Below are positions 60,455-64,000 of a stretch of DNA of 64,000 nucleotides, one piece after another (the stretch's first letter is position 1; each line of letters starts with the position of its first letter). The translations under genes and the position numbers were made by a program. Below the pieces are notes generated by a model. That model saw nothing but the letters and a program-made list of their open reading frames with translations, was not told the origin of the DNA and searched no databases. This stretch comes from Haliotis cracherodii (taxonomy: Eukaryota): positions 29,264,001 through 29,328,000 of the forward strand of contig NW_027266271.1 in the NCBI RefSeq assembly GCF_022045235.1, written 5' to 3'.

Positions 60455-61990
60455 TATTGATCCATGGAGACAGATGCACGTGTAGGGTATGTCATACTAA
60501 TCCATGGAGACAGATACACGCGTGTGGTATGTCATACTAATCCATGGAGACAGATACACGTGTAGGGTATGTCATACTTACCCATGGAGACAGATGCACG
60601 TGTAGGGTATGTCATACTAATCCATGGAGACAGATGTACGTGTAGGGTATGTCATACTTATCCATGGAGACAGATGCATGTGTAGGGTTTGTCATACTGA
60701 CCCATGGAGACAGATACACGTGTAGGGTATGTCATACTAATCCATGGAGACAGATACACGTGTAGGGTATGTCATACTTACCCATGGAGACAGATGCACG
60801 TGTAGGGTATGTCATACTAATCCATGGAGACAGATGTACGTGTAGGGTATGTCATACTTATCCATGGAGACAGATGCATGTGTAGGGTTTGTCATACTGA
60901 CCCATGGAGACAGATACACGTGTAGGGTATGTCATACTAATCCATGGAGACAGATGTACGTGTAGGGTATGTCATACTTATCCATGGAGACAGATGCACG
61001 TGTAGGGTATGTCATACTAATCCATGGAGACAGATGCACAGGTGTGGTTTGTCATACTAATCCATGGAGACAGATGCACGTGTGTGGTTTGTCATACTAA
61101 TCCATGGAGACAGATACACGTGTAGGGTATGTCATACTGATCCATGGCGACAGATACACGTGTGTGGTATGTCATACTAATCCATGGAGACAGATGCACG
61201 TGTAGGGTATGTCATACTAATCCATGGAGACAGATGCACGTGTGTGGTATGTCATACTAATCCATTTAGACAGCTGCACGTGTGTGGTATGTCATACTAA
61301 TCCATTGAGACAGATGCACGTATGTGGTATTCCATACTAATCCATGGAGACAGATGCACGTGTGTGGTATGTCATACTAATCCATGAGACAGATGCACGT
61401 GTGTTGTATGTCATACTAATCCATTGAGACAGATGTACGTGTGTGGTATGTCATACTAATCCATGGAGACAGATGCACGTGTGTGGTATGTCATACTAAT
61501 CCATGGAGACAGATGCACGTGTGTGGTATGTCATACTAATCCACTGAGACAGATGTACGTGTGTGGTATGTCATACTAATCCATGGAGACAGATGCACGT
61601 GTGTGGTATGTCATACTAATCCATTTAGACAGATGCACGTGTGTGGTATGTCATACTAATCCACTGAGACAGATGCACGTGTGTGGTATCTCATACTAAT
61701 CCATGGAGACAGATGCACGTGTGTGGTATGTCATACTAATCCATGGAGACAGATGCACGTGTGTTGTATGACATACTAATCCATTGAGACAGATGCACGT
61801 GTGTGGTATGTCATACTAATCCATGGAGACAGATACACGTGTGTGGTATGTCATACTAATCCATGGATACAGATGCACATGTGTGGTATGTCATACTATT
61901 CCATGGAGACAGATGCACGTGTGTGGTATGTCATACTAATCCATGGAGACAGATGCACGTGTGTGGTATCTCATACTAATCCATTGAGAC
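60455..61990. repeat. Minisatellite, 40 bp unit, ~38 copies
   Basis: Unit ccatggagacagatgcacgtgtRKggtatgtcatactaat. Confidence 0.97.
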
Positions 61991-62814
61991 AAGCCAAGAC
62001 AACCATTACATACAGATGCGCGTCCACATGGACTCTGACAAGCCCTGGCTTGCCCAGGCCTCCACGGAGTTTTCTGGAGAGGTGGGATGGTGGTCTCTCG
62101 ACAGTGTTTATCGATGTGGGAACATCAGTTGTATAAAGCAGAATAACAAACATGGTACTGTCGAATTCGACCATGTGCCAACTGCTTTAATCCTGACCAA
62201 ACTCGGCCGCGTGGAGACCTCCACCCTCACAGCCCGGGGCCACCGTGGGGGTCTTTGGCTAAGGCATGCCAAGGGAAGTCTTTGACTTAAAGATTTATTA
62301 CGCAGGGACTGCCGTCATTTACAAAATCTTGTCAATCCACCTGGCCAGCACCGGAGAATTCCCCGAGCCCCACGCGACATGTTTCTCTCCGCTCTTACCC
62401 AACAGTTTGTCAATACCCGTTCTGGCAGACGGAGACGATTGTCACATAGCATGTAACACCAGACGGTGCCGTCACGCGATTGCGTCATCAGCGTTTTCAG
62501 CGAGTGGTTTTTCAAGGTCGTTCTTATATTTGAAATGACAAGAGTATTGACAGAGCATGTATCATGCCATCGAAGTATCATTGATTGTGACGTCCTGTGA
62601 CATAAATCACGTCTCGACGAAGCCGCATCGCGGCCATTGCTCCCGGTGTGTACTTCTGAATGGCGGCCTCATGTAGCCCGCTAGTAGATTTGTCATACTC
62701 TATGAAAACGAACAAACTCCAATTATCGACGATTGTCTGTCCTCACAACGAAATCACAGTCGAACAATGCGTTTTTCAGTGTTGCGTCATTTGGCGCTCA
62801 GAAAGCTGTGAAAG

Positions 62815-62893
62815 TTTCGAATCTCAGTTTGTCCTGATTATGTTTCTAGGTTTGTCAGCACCATACCCGTGCTAGTCGGTTTCACCGAAGTGA
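62815..62893 (+). mobile_element. SINE family D fragment cut by a 157-N block
   Basis: gattatgtttctaggtttgtcagcaccatacccgtgct...tttcaccgaa. Confidence 0.75.
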
Positions 62894-63304
62894 NNNNNNN
62901 NNNNNNNNNNNNNNNNNNNNNNNNNNNNNNNNNNNNNNNNNNNNNNNNNNNNNNNNNNNNNNNNNNNNNNNNNNNNNNNNNNNNNNNNNNNNNNNNNNNN
63001 NNNNNNNNNNNNNNNNNNNNNNNNNNNNNNNNNNNNNNNNNNNNNNNNNNCTCTCCCTCACACTATGTCAGATACATGTCGTCATCTGCTGTGTACTGGA
63101 TAGTCCGTCTTGACTCATGAGATCTGGCGATTTGGGGACACGGACATGCAGCAGATCTCTCTCATTTCTGTCTTTGTTAGATGGACAAAAAAACTTCACA
63201 CGCGTTTCGTGAATTCTTTGATTATCTGTGACTAGCTTTGTGATATCTGAGACATCTGTGATATTCTGTGAAAGGCATCACACTTATCGACTCGGAAAAT
63301 GATA

Positions 63305-64000
63305 GACACTGCAAGACATGAACACTACAAGAGATGAACACGACAAGAGGTGAACTCTGCAAGAGATGAACACTGCAAGAGGCGATCACTGCAAGATATG
63401 AACACTGCAAGAGATGAACACAACAAGATGTGAACCCCTCAAGAGATGAACACTGCAAGAGATGAACACAACAAGAGATGAACACTGCAAGAGATGAACA
63501 CTGCAAGAGATGAACACAACAAGATGTGAACCCCTCAAGATATGAACACTGCAAGAGATGAACACTGCAAGAGATGAACACTGCAAGAGATGAACACAAC
63601 AAGATGTGAACCCCTCAAGAGATGAACACTGCAAGAGATGAACACTGCAAGAGATGAACACTGCAAGAGATGAACACAACAAGATGTGAACACCTCAAGA
63701 GATGAACACTGCAAGAGATGAACACTGCAAGAGATAAACACTGCAAGAGATGAACACAACAAGATGTGAACACTGCAAGAGATGAACACAACAAGATGTG
63801 AACACCTCAAGAGATGAACACTGCAAGAGATGAACACTTCAAGAGATGAACACTGCAAGAGATGAACACAACAAGATGTGAACACTGCAAGAGATGAACA
63901 CTGCAAGAGATGAACACAACAAGATGTGAACACCTCAAGAGATGAACACTGCAAGAGATGAACACTGCAAGAGATGAACACTGCAAGAGATGAACACTGC
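63305..64000. repeat. Minisatellite, 14-18 bp units, runs off window
   Basis: Unit gatgaacactgcaaga with variants gatgaacacaacaa and gatgtgaacccctcaaga. Confidence 0.95.

Noticed and set aside
62016-62285. 89-aa ORF in GC-richer unique sequence
   Set aside because: No recognisable domain or convincing splice sites.

Overview
Repeat-rich eukaryotic (animal) DNA. The SINE repertoire and minisatellite density suggest a mollusc, probably a gastropod such as abalone (inference). The only recognisable host gene is the 3' part of a Mohawk (Mkx, TALE/Iroquois-related) homeobox gene on the + strand. Four coding exons (<1-157, 7937-8308, 14071-14128, 15283-15364) splice in frame to 222 aa plus stop, and include the end of the homeodomain and the conserved Mkx C-terminal motifs. 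The remaining ~48 kb has no recognisable host coding exons. It holds at least four SINE-like families (called A-D here, several with clear TSDs), two MITE families, decayed Tc1, non-LTR (ORF1+APE), Gypsy and Penelope-like remnants, a near-identical 3.77-kb tandem duplication and about 20 minisatellite arrays. All long ORFs in the track are translations of these arrays. Most notable observations: (1) arrays in and around Mkx are built from TALE-homeodomain sites (ACAnnTGT + TGACAG; TGATTGACAG); (2) a minisatellite multiplies the branch point/acceptor of a 58-nt Mkx exon; (3) a 2.3-kb satellite is visibly amplified from a SINE 5' end; (4) an orphan TATA promoter with a short first exon lies on the - strand. 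The functional readings of these are hypotheses, not demonstrated.
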